DNA from: Mytilus trossulus
Lineage: Eukaryota
Length of the DNA: 64,000 nt
Direction: 5' to 3'
Assembly: GCF_036588685.1 (NCBI RefSeq)
Contig: NC_086375.1
Span: forward strand, 76,632,001-76,696,000
Both the position numbers and the translations under genes were made by a program. Positions 50,730 through 63,745 of the stretch are shown here, piece by piece. Below the pieces are notes generated by a model, which saw nothing but the letters and a program-made list of their open reading frames with translations, was not told the origin of the DNA and did no database searches. Within the stretch, counting starts at the first letter, position 1. Every line of letters starts with the position of its first letter.

Positions 50730-52597
50730 TATTAAGCAAGGAAATCAGTTGTTGTCACATGAGGTGAAACTAGACAAGATAATACGGTCAGGTCACGTTT
50801 ATCAAGTACAATTATAAATCTTGATCAAGGATAAATAAGTAAGATGTCAAGATACTGAAGCAACCTTACTGAAACAAAACTGTGCAATACTTATCTGGCC
50901 AAGTAAACTTACTTATATAGTATAATAGCCTATGTATATAATGAACACGCTGAGGTTCAAATTACTCGATATAGGTTTTATATTTACGCGATTATCTTTT
51001 TACAATGATGTTAAATTTTGTTTAAAAAGTGACGAAGAAATTCCCTTATGAAAAATTGTTAAAGTCAAGTCAAATTCGAAAATTGAACATGTAGTTGTCG
51101 TTTGTTTATGTAATATAAACGTGTTTCTCGTTTTGTTTATATAGATTAGACCGTTGATTTTCCCGTTTGAATGGTTTTACACTAGTAATTTTGGGGCCCT
51201 TTATAGCTTGTTGTTCGGTGTGAGCCAAAGCTCCGTGTTGAAGGCCGTACTTTAACCTATAATGGTTTACTTTTTAAATTGTTACTTGGATGGAGAGTTG
51301 TCTCATTGGCACTCACACCACATCTTCCTATATCTATGTAAAAGAATCAATGTCTATCATCAGTGGTGACACAATCACATTATATGGATCAAAAAAGTAT
51401 TTGCACATTTTAAAAGTTTGCATTTACAAAAATAGGCTATTGATGTCACATGAGGTGAAACTTTACAAATCCTCCTTCAGAAATGTGTTTTTTTGTGAGT
51501 TACCGTTTAACATTAGTTCTCACTTTTTGCGGATAAGACGAGGTAATAATATGGGAAAACAATGGTGTTAAAGACGATATTATCATGCAGTGCCGCCGAT
51601 GGTCTTCTGATGTATATTTAAGCTACTGGCATACTCGTATTTAAGTCATTAACTTTCACAATAGCTAACAAATACAGTTTCTTTTATATTATAATACATA
51701 TTAACTTCTTTATGTGGAAAAGATTTTCAGTTCGTCCGTTTATCAACCGTATTTTGGACACATTAAATGCAAAAAACAAGATATTTGGGCAAAAAATTGG
51801 TCTTCAAAGCAGAGGGGCGTACATATGCAAGTTTGGAAAAAAGGGGTATGTTGTGGAAGAACTACTAGTAAATGCCAGAGTCTCGCATGCAAGAGACAAT
51901 TTGACAAAAGATTGAAATACTATATATCGAACGATCACGAATCAACTGTGATATAAAACAAGTATGTTGAAGGACAGACACTGTATAATTATTTTCCTCA
52001 TTCTTATATGCGAGCTCGAGAAATGAACTAGCATAGGTTTGTTGGAACTCATCGATATAGGGTATGCTATGTACTTAAACAGCATTCAATGGGGATTGAA
52101 ACTCTCCTTCTCGTCGTACAAAATTCGCTGTTTCCCCGAAGTGTAATTGGGAATGAAAATTCTGAGGGATTTTATGTGTAGGAGGTAGGCTTTCCAATGA
52201 GCGAGTAAAGACACACTAGTGAGTGGGTAAAGACACTCCCATTGCGTCGGATAATATTTTATTTTTTTACTTTCATGCGTTACCGCAGGAAGGTTTGTTG
52301 AGACCATCTTATATATAAAAAAAATGTGATATAATTGCAAATGAGACAACTCTTCACTAGTTACAGATCAAATGACACACAAATTAACAGTTACATTTCA
52401 CCGTATGATCATAAACAATGAGCAAAGCCCATACCGCATAGTCAACTATAAAAGGCTCCAATATTACAAAGGTAAAACAATTCGATCGAAAAAAACTAAC
52501 AGCCTAGTTTATGTACAAAAAAACACACCGACAAATGACAACCACTGATATACATACTCCCTACTTGGGACAGACACATATTTACTAAGTATACAGA

Positions 52598-52628
<31 letters not shown>
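52598..52628. repeat. (TG)n microsatellite
   Basis: Read directly from the sequence. Confidence 0.95.
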
Positions 52629-52630
<2 letters not shown>

Positions 52631-53394
52631 GGGGGTACATGTTAGAGGGATCCCAACCGTCCCCCGAATCTGGGACAAGGGTGTACTAGTGCAACATTCA
52701 TTTGAAAAACGTTTAACTGTAAATTTCTGTGCCATTTGGTCTCTTGTCTATTTCTCAATGGTAATCATACCACATCTTTTTTTTTTTTTTATTATATTAA
52801 CTCATCAGATGGACACACACATAATAGATCACTCATCAACTTTTATTTTTTCCCCCAATCTGACACATCAGATACAGGGATATTTGTTTATTTTAGTGAT
52901 ACAATTCGATAAAACGGACATTGACTACTGTCGCTTGAATATTACTGATGGTATAGAGACTCCTTTTACGATTATCATTTCGTATGCAAGATACCTTCAT
53001 TACAAAATTTATAATCTTATGCATTCCACACCAATATGGTATTCAATGCTTTTTAGTTAATTTGAACTCAGTAGGACAGACCCAATATTTTTAATGAATA
53101 AAGTTTATTATTGTAAACAACCAAGTCCGGAGTGTGTCTAGATCTGGTATCTATTTTCCATATTTTCGTTTATTGAAGTGAATTCTCCGTGTTTGCAAAT
53201 GAATTTATTCTTTTAAAAAATATGATACCATCGCAATTCATCATTCTCCTTTTTAATTATAAAATAATGATAAATAAACAAGAAACAACGCCACTTGTCT
53301 ACCCAAATCATGATTCAATCTGGAAGGAAAATCTGATTCGAGTAAATGGTTGATATGCCTAATTGTTTAGATTTTGAATATTTTTTTCCCCTAT

Positions 53395-56300
53395 TTAACA
53401 TACACAAATGTGTGGAATATTCCAACATCCAAAACTTGGACAATTATGTTTACACCAAAGATCCATATACAGTTTGTAGTTTGTAGAAATATTTGGCATC
53501 ACAGTAGCGCATTTATCACCTAAACCATACGTTATTTCGGTCAGTGAGCCATCTTTAAGACACTGACAGTGACTTGGAGGACAGTGACCTAGTTTACAGT
53601 TAGCATCGCACCAAGCAGTCATTGCTGTATTGCCTTTCCATGCGCCTGTTCCAACACAGGTAACAGTTTCGGTAGGCGGACCTTCGGTTGAGCTACGAGT
53701 GGTTAATACTGTTGTCGCTGATGTTGTTTTCTTGTTTGTTGTGGAAGTTCTGGTTGTTCTAGGTGAAGTAACAGTTGTTGGAATGCTGGTTGAAGTAAGG
53801 GTTGTTGGGTTACTGGCTGAGGTAACGGTGGTTGGAAAACTGACCGAAGTTGAACTACAACCCTCACTACAGTATGTTGTTGGGCAGTATCCAACCTGAC
53901 AGTTGATTTTACACCACCAGTCCATAACAGAATTTCCTTTAAAGGCTCCTATTGCAGTACATTTGACCTGTACGGATTTTGTTGTTGTTGAAGATAGTAT
54001 GGATGAAGAAGTTGTCACCGTAGATAATACTGTTGTCAAGCGTGTTGAGGCAGAAGCTGTCGATGGTTTAATTGGTGTAGACGACGGTTGCGAAGTTGTA
54101 GAATCTTTAAACATTGTGGTTGAAGTAGTTGCAACTGTAGATGATGTCGAAGTAAATGCGACATTACCATTATTGTTAATTGCAACGTCTGCGCATGCAT
54201 AAAACTCTTCCTGTCTTCCTTTTCCGATGCCACAATTTTCAGGATTTGATGCATCATCATTTACACATCCCCAACTGTTTCCTGGAAAAGATTAAGTTTA
54301 CAGAATTTTACTACTAAGATTAGTATAAAAATATTTATTACTTCTACTTATGAAATTGTTTTTTTTTTTGTTCATTTATTCACATTAAATACGACGATAC
54401 GCGTACACAACTATAAGGCCTACGCATTAAAATTTTTATTTTTATTTTAGAATAAATCACGGCATATACATTTAAGCCTCTTGTACTATTCTCTGACCAC
54501 CTAGAACAATGGTTAACAGCAAATCATAAGAACAGAGTTGGAAAAGGCTTGCCTCATCAGATTAACAAGAAACCCTAAAAAACGCACAGGAAGATAAAAT
54601 AGACATAAGACGATGTGGTATGAGTGCCAATAAGACAACTCTGCATCCAAGTCATAATTTGTAAAGTAGACTATTATAAGTCGAAGTACTGCCTTCAACA
54701 CGGAGCATTGGGTCCCACCAGACGGCGAGTTATAAAGTGCCCCGAAAAATGACTAGAGTAAAACCATTAAAACAAACGGTCCAATCTATATTAAAATCGA
54801 GAAACACTTAAGAATCACATTAACAACGACAACCACTGAACATCAGGTTCCTGACTTAAGACAGGAGCAAACAAATGCAGCGGCTTTTAACATATTATTA
54901 TCTGACGCCAACCACCACCCTAACCGAAGACAGTTGTGTACAATACGACATATAAGGACACACAATAAAACATTACTTGAAAAAGGCGCAACTTATCAAA
55001 GTATGAGTACTAACAGGTTTTAGACAAAACTATGAAAACCAAATTACCCACAACAAAAATTATAAACCACAGAAAGATATATCAAAGCCAAAACCATTAT
55101 GAATATTTTTTCCCAAACAACCGGTCACTTATGGACCATTTTAAAAAAAGAGCTTGTTGGGAAGGAACTTTAACGCACACAGAGCGTGGGAGTACCTGAA
55201 CAAGAAACCTCGGATTTAACGTCCCCATCCGTTGGACAAAGACACAAAGTACTGATCTAAAATAACTCGTATTTATATGTACTTTTTTGGAAGCTTATTC
55301 AAAGCCAATAAGAAGAAAAAAAACCGATCATGTTCTCCCAGACAATAGTGTCAAACAGTTCCATCCAACGAATTCAGTTAAAGACATCATAAACAGTCTT
55401 AAAAAAAAACTACACATTACAAACATATGAGTACATTATTTAGACAGGATGTATGATCACACGTTTTCATTATGTCATTTGTATTGGTAACTGTTGGAGA
55501 GTTGTTTCATTGGCAATTATTCCACTTCTTTTTATTTATATATTACACTCATCTTCAGCGCTGTACTTTAAATTTTAAGCGCTATGATTCATATCTAAAG
55601 CTCGACTACATTTTACAACGCTATACTTTTTTATATATCTACAGCGTTATATATTCTGCATCTACAGCGTTTGACTTAAAATATACAACGCTAGACGTTA
55701 TATCTCTATCGCTAGACTTTCAAAACAATTAGATCTACCATTTATCTGTTTGAGACCAACAACTACCTATACATAGTAACACACTTGGAATGCTGTTACC
55801 AAGCTTTATATACGTTGACATAGCGCCGTACATTTTTTTTATATCTCTGCAGTGCAGCAAATAAGTTATTTACTAAACCTTAAAGGGATAGTACGTAAAA
55901 TTAAGAATATGATATTGTTGAACCAAAAATATATTCGAGACACTGACTTGTAAAAAAAGTTATATAGATTAGGTTTACCTGTACGATATCGCCACTGAAT
56001 AACACAGTGAGAACAAGTTAAACCCTTAGGCAGTGAAACCGTTACTGTGAATTTCCCTCCTGTCTGATAATTAAAATAAAATTTGGTTCCTCCTGTTTGG
56101 ACATCAGAAAGTATATACTGGTCAAGACAGTCCTGTGTGGCTGCCTTGTTCACATCATTGTTCGGACAAATTCTGAACTCAAGGTAACCTCGATGGCTTG
56201 CAGTGATTTCAAACGTCATTGAGGCATTACTGTCCATCGCATAGCTCCTGGTGATGGTACCAGTGGCAAATTTACCAGGTGGTGAGTAAAGTTGGGGTTT

Positions 56301-57246
56301 TCCGTACTCATCCCCGCAGACTCCACATTTACCGCCATTTTGAAACTGATGTACCTACAATACCAAGAACGTCATTAGAAAAGACCTAAGGAATTGTAAT
56401 AGAAAATATCTGATAACCGGAACTTAAAGCAACAACTTTTTTTAATTGTACTAGAAAATATAATCAAACATCATACTATTTACCAAATAGTATAAAGAGA
56501 GGTAAATTTGTGTTATAATATATTCCTAGTAAAGGTGGCAATACTACAGAGTTAACTGTTTTAATTAAGCAGATATCTATTGTAGTTGCAGACGACGGAT
56601 GCTTCATATTGAGCAGGATCTGCTTACCCTTCAGGAGCACCTAAGATAATCTGTAGTTTTTGGTTGGGTTCGTGTTGATCTGTCTTTAATTTTCGATGTT
56701 GTGTTTTGTGTGTTTTTGTTTGTCTGTTGGTCATTTTCCTATTTAGCTTTGGCCTTGTCATTTTATTTTCGACTTACATGCAGATATGCAAAAATGATTT
56801 TAAGATTTGACCTCCGCTAAGAAACAAACGTCGCTTTGAAAAGTAGATAATTTTGATCTACTACAATATGCTACTCCTTACCTTCATTTGCATGTTATTT
56901 TACATATCGTACATTGATTACACAATTCCTGGTAAAATCATAAAATTGAGAATGGAAATGGGGAATGTGTCAAAGAGACAACAACCCGATCATAGAGCAG
57001 ACAATGTATGCTTTATTAACAAAAAAATCGTCTTAAAAAAATAGGAAATAAAAATATGATACATACATTATATCCACCACAGAACAATTGGTTGTCATTA
57101 TAATCTACTGGTGTATTGAAACCATATCTCCACATGGAGGCTCTTCCGGGAGGATCAATTAATCTTCCGTGTCCATGGATCGAACTTATAAAACTATTTA
57201 TTATCAAAATATACGTTACTAGTGCCTTTGTATTTCGACGTTCCAT
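53395..57246 (-). CDS. Lytic polysaccharide monooxygenase, family AA15, with Ser/Thr linkers and three Cys-rich C-terminal modules, 480 aa
   Basis: Exons 57246-57067, 56354-55979, 54281-53395 (1443 nt). A 25-aa signal peptide precedes mature His1 (HGRLIDPPGRASMWRYGF); YNDNQLFCGG; GKCGVCGD; second His in TASHRGYLEFRIC; LPKGLTCSHCVIQWRYRTGNSWG; QEEFYACADV. Confidence 0.93.
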
Positions 57247-60200
57247 TATAAATTTTAAAACCCCCCGATTGGTAATTATATCTTCAGCGCTATTGTGAAT
57301 TCTGCTATTCCGGTGTTCTCTAATGTGTGTATGCTATGCACATGAGCGCCAGTCCTTCATCACTAGAACTAGCTCAATCATAAAAACGTCCGGCAATGGA
57401 CTTAAAAAATATATACACATTTATTAGTCTCCATTAAGCACAACCATTAAATAGTTCAATCCGGATATACTTATCACAGTCTTAGACTAATGTCTTCTGT
57501 ACACAGAATGCACATTTCAATTTGTGGAGTTAATTTGTCATTCTAACATAAAACATCCATTTAAACATATTAATTATCAGTTTTTTTCATCGATTTGGTC
57601 TGTTGGTTGACACCCCAATAAAGATGGTCATATTGTTAGCTTATCTTTATACCGACGGCTATGTTAGTCAATCTAGATCACAATGTCAAGTCTGCTCGTT
57701 CACCTAAATAGGTTGATGTTTGAGAATATGAAGAAAAAAAAATGATAGTTTTTTCTTAATAATCTTCACAAGGAACACACACACCAAAAGTCTTGAAAAT
57801 CTGAAAGCGTTTGTAGCAGAACAAAGCAACCCAAATAAAAGAGAAAAATAGACATTTTCATGAGGGTAGTAAGTTATGCTTAGAAAAATCAAATGGATGG
57901 TAAAGTTCTGTGACCAAAAATAATAAAATAAAAAAGTTGCATTTGAAGTCATTAGTAAATGCCCACCATGTATGTATAGTATCACTAAACTGTCTATAAA
58001 CCTTGATAAATGCGAAGTAGCACAAACAATTGGTCATTCGATTAACTTATTAGTCATAAAGTTTATAATTTTAGCACTGTAGACAGATATTTGAATACTG
58101 TTTTTAACGATATTCACATGGAGTTTATTTTTGATACATATTTGAAAAAAAACTATAACTGAATATGAATTATTATACAGTGGTCATGCATACTGTCTTT
58201 TATTACTCCTCACTGCCCTCCTAATATGGAATAAGAAACGTCATGAAAAAGATATTTAACAAATTTACGCTATACAAAAGTCATCACCGGCGTTTGCTAT
58301 TTTATATCAGTTCACTGTGAATCAGTTTTGGGTGCATTTTATATATAGATGTGTCGTCTACCTATTCATTGAATAAACCTTAACATCATGATTCCTTGTT
58401 GTATTTTTTTATGACTCTTTTAGCATACCATAGCTGTTCATTACTATGAGCAGGTACGCATATCTTTTGTGAATTAAACTTTAAATTAAAAAACCAATCC
58501 CAAAGAGGCATCAAAAGGCAGCCATATATCGGGCAAAGACGGACAGTACCATAACCAACAGAGAAATAAGAGGAAACCAAACAATAGTAAATCAACACTA
58601 CATAGAAAGCTAAAGATTGAGTAACTCAAGTAAACACTATGCCAGAAATATTAGATTAGAAATAATAGTTGCACCGGGCAAAATAAATAAGGAATGTACA
58701 CACACCTGATTCAACTCACGACATTCAGAATCAACCGTGTCAAATGATGGCATTGTTTGTATCGTCTTTGATTTCTGAGTAGTGTTGTGGGTAAATTTCG
58801 TTTAATATATATATATATATATATGACGATATATGACATACATTATTGCAATTACACGTGTATAGTATGATAACTTTTAGGTGTATCGTTTTTATCTATG
58901 ACAAAAGTGTCTGATTGAACTTCAAGATTATGTATTTATTGCGACATTATTGAACACCAAAAGGGAAATGAGATATCAACCGTGAAAATATGTTACATAA
59001 AAATTGACAGAAGACTTTTACTGCATTCATTTATTAGGACAAGACAAGATTAACCAACACATTAAAAACGAAATCAAATATGTCTTTCCAACAGAAAAGT
59101 ATTGATGTAAAACTTAAGATTTGGTCTAAAACATGCCAATATCGTATTGAAATATCTGGTAGGTAATGAGCCCATATTTTGGGAGCATTTTTTTTTCTCT
59201 AAAGTTCATGTTTATACTGACATTGTGATAAAGTTTTAAAGAATAGTCAACGTCAAATCTAGTCTATATCTAATATGACTTTCCCCCCAATTTGCGTATA
59301 AATTTGCATTACTAGTTTTGAATGTTTTTAAAGCAGACAAATAACAAGGACCTTCAAGACTCTACCAATAATTCCCCATTCTCATCACCTCAGACTGCGA
59401 CAGGTACTTTACAATAACATTTATTAAAACATAAACATTTTAATAATATTATATGAGGTTTTTTTTAGTGCAAACAAGATACTTATTTTCAATAGTGGGG
59501 AACATACTTTATATTGCGTTACCCCAACAGGCAATACATTTTTATTCATTGTACCAAATAAATTTTTTAAGTGTATATTAATTGGGTATACATCGCTGTT
59601 TTAGTATATTTAGCGATATATTTTAAAGGTATCGTACATCCTTGTGCCTCGACTATGAATCAGCAATAATCAATCTTTATCGTGTTCAATATTTACCTTC
59701 AGGTTAAAACAATATAGACATACCACACACATCAGATAAACTTTCTGTACATTATGTACTAGATGTACTTGTTTCGCTAATTAACAAAAAAGAAAAGATA
59801 ATTGAATAAAAAAGTGAGTTATAAAATACATCGATATGCTGTAATATTCTATGATTAAAACTAATATATATATAAACTGATGTTAAAGGGAAGATGACAA
59901 TGTCATTTAACCAAGAATCTGCTTTTTAAATCGGTTAAAAAAATAATCTTAGGTCCTAGTACTACCTGTCATGCATTTAGGAAAATCAAGCTTGCGAGTT
60001 TTTTAAAATTTTGGTCTAAGGAAAAAGAAAAGTAAAACTGAATATCGTGTTTACCAAAAAAAAAAATACCACATTTTAAATTATAATTACCTTACCACAT
60101 TGAGTACTTCTTGTAAGATGAGGAATTTTAAAATATATTAAAAGTTTCAGAGTTAATCGTTGCAAACTTAAGCGACTTATTTCACAAAAGATCTTACGAG

Positions 60201-61414
60201 CAATAATATTCGTTAGTCATAAAAATTTCCGTACAATATACCATCAATTTTTGTATAAAAAAAGCCCATGGGTTATATTTCCTTAAAAGAGTTTTAATCG
60301 CATACTTTCGAAAAATTATTGAATATTGCTCGGAAAGTAAATTAAATCTCTTTCTCGTTTTCGAGTACACATAACAACTTGTCCTACTCAAAAGGAATTA
60401 ACAATGTAACAGAATACTTTTTTTAGGATGATTTCAAATATCCTTGACCAACCATTTCCTCAGTTTTTTCTGGAATGAACAATTGTGCAATGTGTTATAT
60501 ATAATATAATAAACTGCTGTTCAAAAGTCCTAAATCGATTGAGAGAAAACAAATCCGGTTTACAAACTAAAACAGAGGAAACACACCAACTATAAGAGGA
60601 AAACAACGGAACAACAGAAACACTAAAGTGCCACAAAAAGAAACGCCTACATACATTTGCCTACATAGAAATGTAAGAAAATATAGTCTCATCTGATTGG
60701 AGTCCTATTCCCGATGATGTCATTTTGAGTGAGTGTGCGTTCACATAGCAGGAGATGCTCACCCTGTAGGAGCACCCGGTTTCGCTCCCTTTACAGTTTA
60801 TATGATCCACACGGTTTTGGTGTGTTATCCTAATTTGTCTCATCATTGTCGATATATGAGTATGATAATCTACCATCACATTATTTTTTCAAGATATCTA
60901 ATTTTTGAATTTGGTCGGGAAAAAAGGGATTCTGTACATTAATCATTTCTCTACTCTATATATACTACACCACTACAATATCTTATGAAATGGACATTAC
61001 ATAACTTATAAACTTTTTTTTTTAAACCTAAGAATTAAGTTTTTAGTAACAAAACTTAAAAACACATGCTGAAATTCAATGTATATGCAAATGAATGTTT
61101 AAATCAACTTTTGCTTGATACATGAAACACGTATTTTCGTCTCCGAGATTAGGTATTCCATTTAATTAAGGATTGCTTTTTCAGAGCTCTTATTACAAAT
61201 TTGTCCCTTTGCTCTGGTTATCTAGCGAAGAAATATCACTAAGTACCTTCAACATTAACTGCAGATAATTTGGCAAAATATTCTCTGTTAATAATCCTCT
61301 TAAAAAATAAGTAATAACATAAATGGTACACTCTCCTTGCTTCTCCGCTTCATTTAAATGTTGTGGAGTTGTTCTATTCAGTTTGATGTATTATGTTCTT
61401 TAGATAGTTTAATT

Positions 61415-62945
61415 AGGTCTTTCCACTTTACGTGGAAAGACCTTTTGTTTTTCTTCTGCAGTCTGAGATGCTTTTTTATTTTAGAACATATCGAATGGAT
61501 ATTTGTCCAACGATGTTGTCAGTAATGGATGTTTCAAAACTCACCCTGTGTGACAGAACACTTATTCTTATAGGAGTTGTCTCCCCGTGTCCCCTTTTTC
61601 TTGTTATCGCTATATCTCTAAAACCGTATAAGATTTTTACAAACTGTTTTCACCAAATTGTTCGTCTACTCTTAAGAATGATTTGTTTTACTTTGACTAA
61701 TGTGATCAGAAGACATCTTATGGGAGTTATTTCCCTTTGAAAATTTAAAATAAACGATATGTTGGGTTAATTCATACAGTATAAGTTGTAGAGGCCTACA
61801 GTCTTTTGATATGAAGTCCTTGGTCCATATAAAGGAAATTGAGGTCAAGGTCAAAGGTCAAGGTCATGTTATAAGTTTTGAATTTTGCTTGTTATAGTTA
61901 TTCAAAAGAAACGGTTACAGTTAATGATATGATATGTTTGCAAAATCACTGTTTACAATAAGGCACAACTTCAACTTATTCAGTCGAAGTGTCTTGGTTA
62001 ACCATTATATGAGTTTTCTCCCCTTATGTATTTGAAATCATTATTTCTCCACAACCATATCAGTGATTGACCTCGGACCTTCTTATTTGAGTTCACTGAC
62101 CAATGACCTTGAAATTGAGGTCAAGGTCAAAGGTCAAGGTCATGTTATAAATTTTGAATTTTGCTTGTAATCGTTATTCAAAAGAAACTGTTACAGTTAA
62201 TGATATGATGTGTTTGCCAAATTACTGTTTACAATAAGGCGCAACTTCAACCTATTTAAGTCGAAGTGTTTTGGTTAACCCTTATAGGAGTTTTCTCCCC
62301 TTTTGTATTTGAAATCATTATTTCTCCACAACCATACAAGTGATTGACCTGGGGCCTTCGTATTTGACCTATGACCTTGAATTTGAGGTCAAGGTTGAAG
62401 GTCAAGGTCATATTCTAAATATTGGAATTTACTTGTAATCTATAATATTCAAATGAAACTGTAACAGTTAATGATACGATGTGTTTGCCAAATTACTGTT
62501 TACAACAAGGGGCAACTTCAACCAATTTAAGTCGAAGTGTTTTGGTCAGCCCTTTTAGGAGTTTTCTCCCCTTTTGTATTTGAAATCGATAGTTCTCTAC
62601 AATCATACAAGTGATTGACCTGGGGTCTTTTGATTTAAGATCACTGACCTATGACCAGGGGTCGAATTTAAGTTTTTTTGTGTACTGGCCAGCCGGACCA
62701 GTGGACTGAGTTCAATGTCAAAGATCAACTTGACGTTCAAGAGTTTGACCTTTGCTTTAAATTTGTTTTTGTTCATTATAAAACAATTAAGTCTTCTGCA
62801 TATACCTATTAATCTTATTTTTCTATATCAGTTGAGGTACCAAATTACATCATCAAGGAGTGACCCTTTCTAACATCTTTTTTTAAATTTCATTCTAAAT
62901 ATCGAGGTGGAAAGACCTTCAATTGTTCTCTGAAGAATTGGTTTT
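61415..62945. mobile_element. Helentron/HINE-like element with a ~270-bp tandem array (~3 copies)
   Basis: 5' hairpin aggtctttccac-tttac-gtggaaagacct; the same gtggaaagacct near the 3' end (~62908), followed by a caatt...aattg hairpin; gaggtcaagg recurs at 61841, 62117 and 62385. Confidence 0.75.
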
Positions 62946-62995
62946 TAATTTATATTATTTTTACATGTATAAAATTGAAAATATAAAAATAATTT

Positions 62996-63037
62996 GCGTC
63001 CGAAGTGCTTTTCTGGATTTACCTTCATCAGGAACAC
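62996..63037 (-). ncRNA. Minimal type I hammerhead ribozyme, copy with a substitution in the helix III palindrome
   Basis: gtgttc-CTGATGA-aggtaaatcca-GAA-aagcactt-C-ggacgc. Confidence 0.65.
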
Positions 63038-63349
63038 TCAAAGCCAAACATTTGAAATCCGAAGATGTTTTAGTACCGAAACCTTTGAAGAGCTTTATGT
63101 CATAAATACCAAAAATAAATAGCCAAATTCATCTAAAGCCAACTTTGCCCGAGGAAGTTGAATCCTTAGTTTCTTAATAATTTCCAAATTTATAAACGGA
63201 CATTTTTAGTAAAGTGTTTTAAATCATGTCAGTACCGGAGTACTGACTACTCAGCTGACGATACCCTCGGGGACTAATACTATAGTCCACCCGCAGAGGT
63301 ATCGACTCAGTGATGTTAAAATTGAAAACAACCCGTTTAATAATTTCTT

Positions 63350-63391
63350 GCGTCTGAAGCGCTTTTCTGGATTTACCTTCATCAGGAACGC
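63350..63391 (-). ncRNA. Minimal type I hammerhead ribozyme, copy with a helix I mismatch next to the cleavage site
   Basis: gcgttc-CTGATGA-aggtaaatcca-GAA-aagcgctt-C-agacgc. Confidence 0.7.
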
Positions 63392-63703
63392 TCAAATCCA
63401 AACATTTGAAATCCGAAGATGTATAAGCACCGAAACCGTTGAGAAGCTATATGTCATCAATACCAAAAATAAATAGCCAAATTCATCTAAAGCCAACTTT
63501 GCCCGAGGGAGTTGGAGCCTTAGTTTCTTCATAATTTCCAAATTTATAAACGGACATTTTTAGTAAAGTGTTTTAAATCATGTCAGTACCGGAGTACTGA
63601 CTACTCAGCTGACGATACACTCGGGGACTAATACTATAGTCCACCCGCAGAGGTATCGACTCAGTGACGTTAAAATTGAAAACAACCCGTTTAATAATTT
63701 CTT

Positions 63704-63745
63704 GCGTCCGAAGCGCTTTTCTGGATTTACCTTCATCAGGAACGC
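63704..63745 (-). ncRNA. Minimal type I hammerhead ribozyme, intact copy
   Basis: gcgttc-CTGATGA-aggtaaatcca-GAA-aagcgctt-C-ggacgc. Helix I gcgttc/ggacgc has 6 bp with one G-U; helix III is the palindrome AAGCGCTT; predicted cleavage after UUC, between 63710 and 63709. Confidence 0.8.

Noticed and set aside
51700-52349. Short ORFs between the MRH and LPMO genes
   Set aside because: No motifs or consistent splice structure; possibly decayed transposon sequence.
53630-54260. Val-rich + strand ORFs and Gln-rich alternative-frame ORFs
   Set aside because: Shadows of the Thr/Ser-rich LPMO linker codons.
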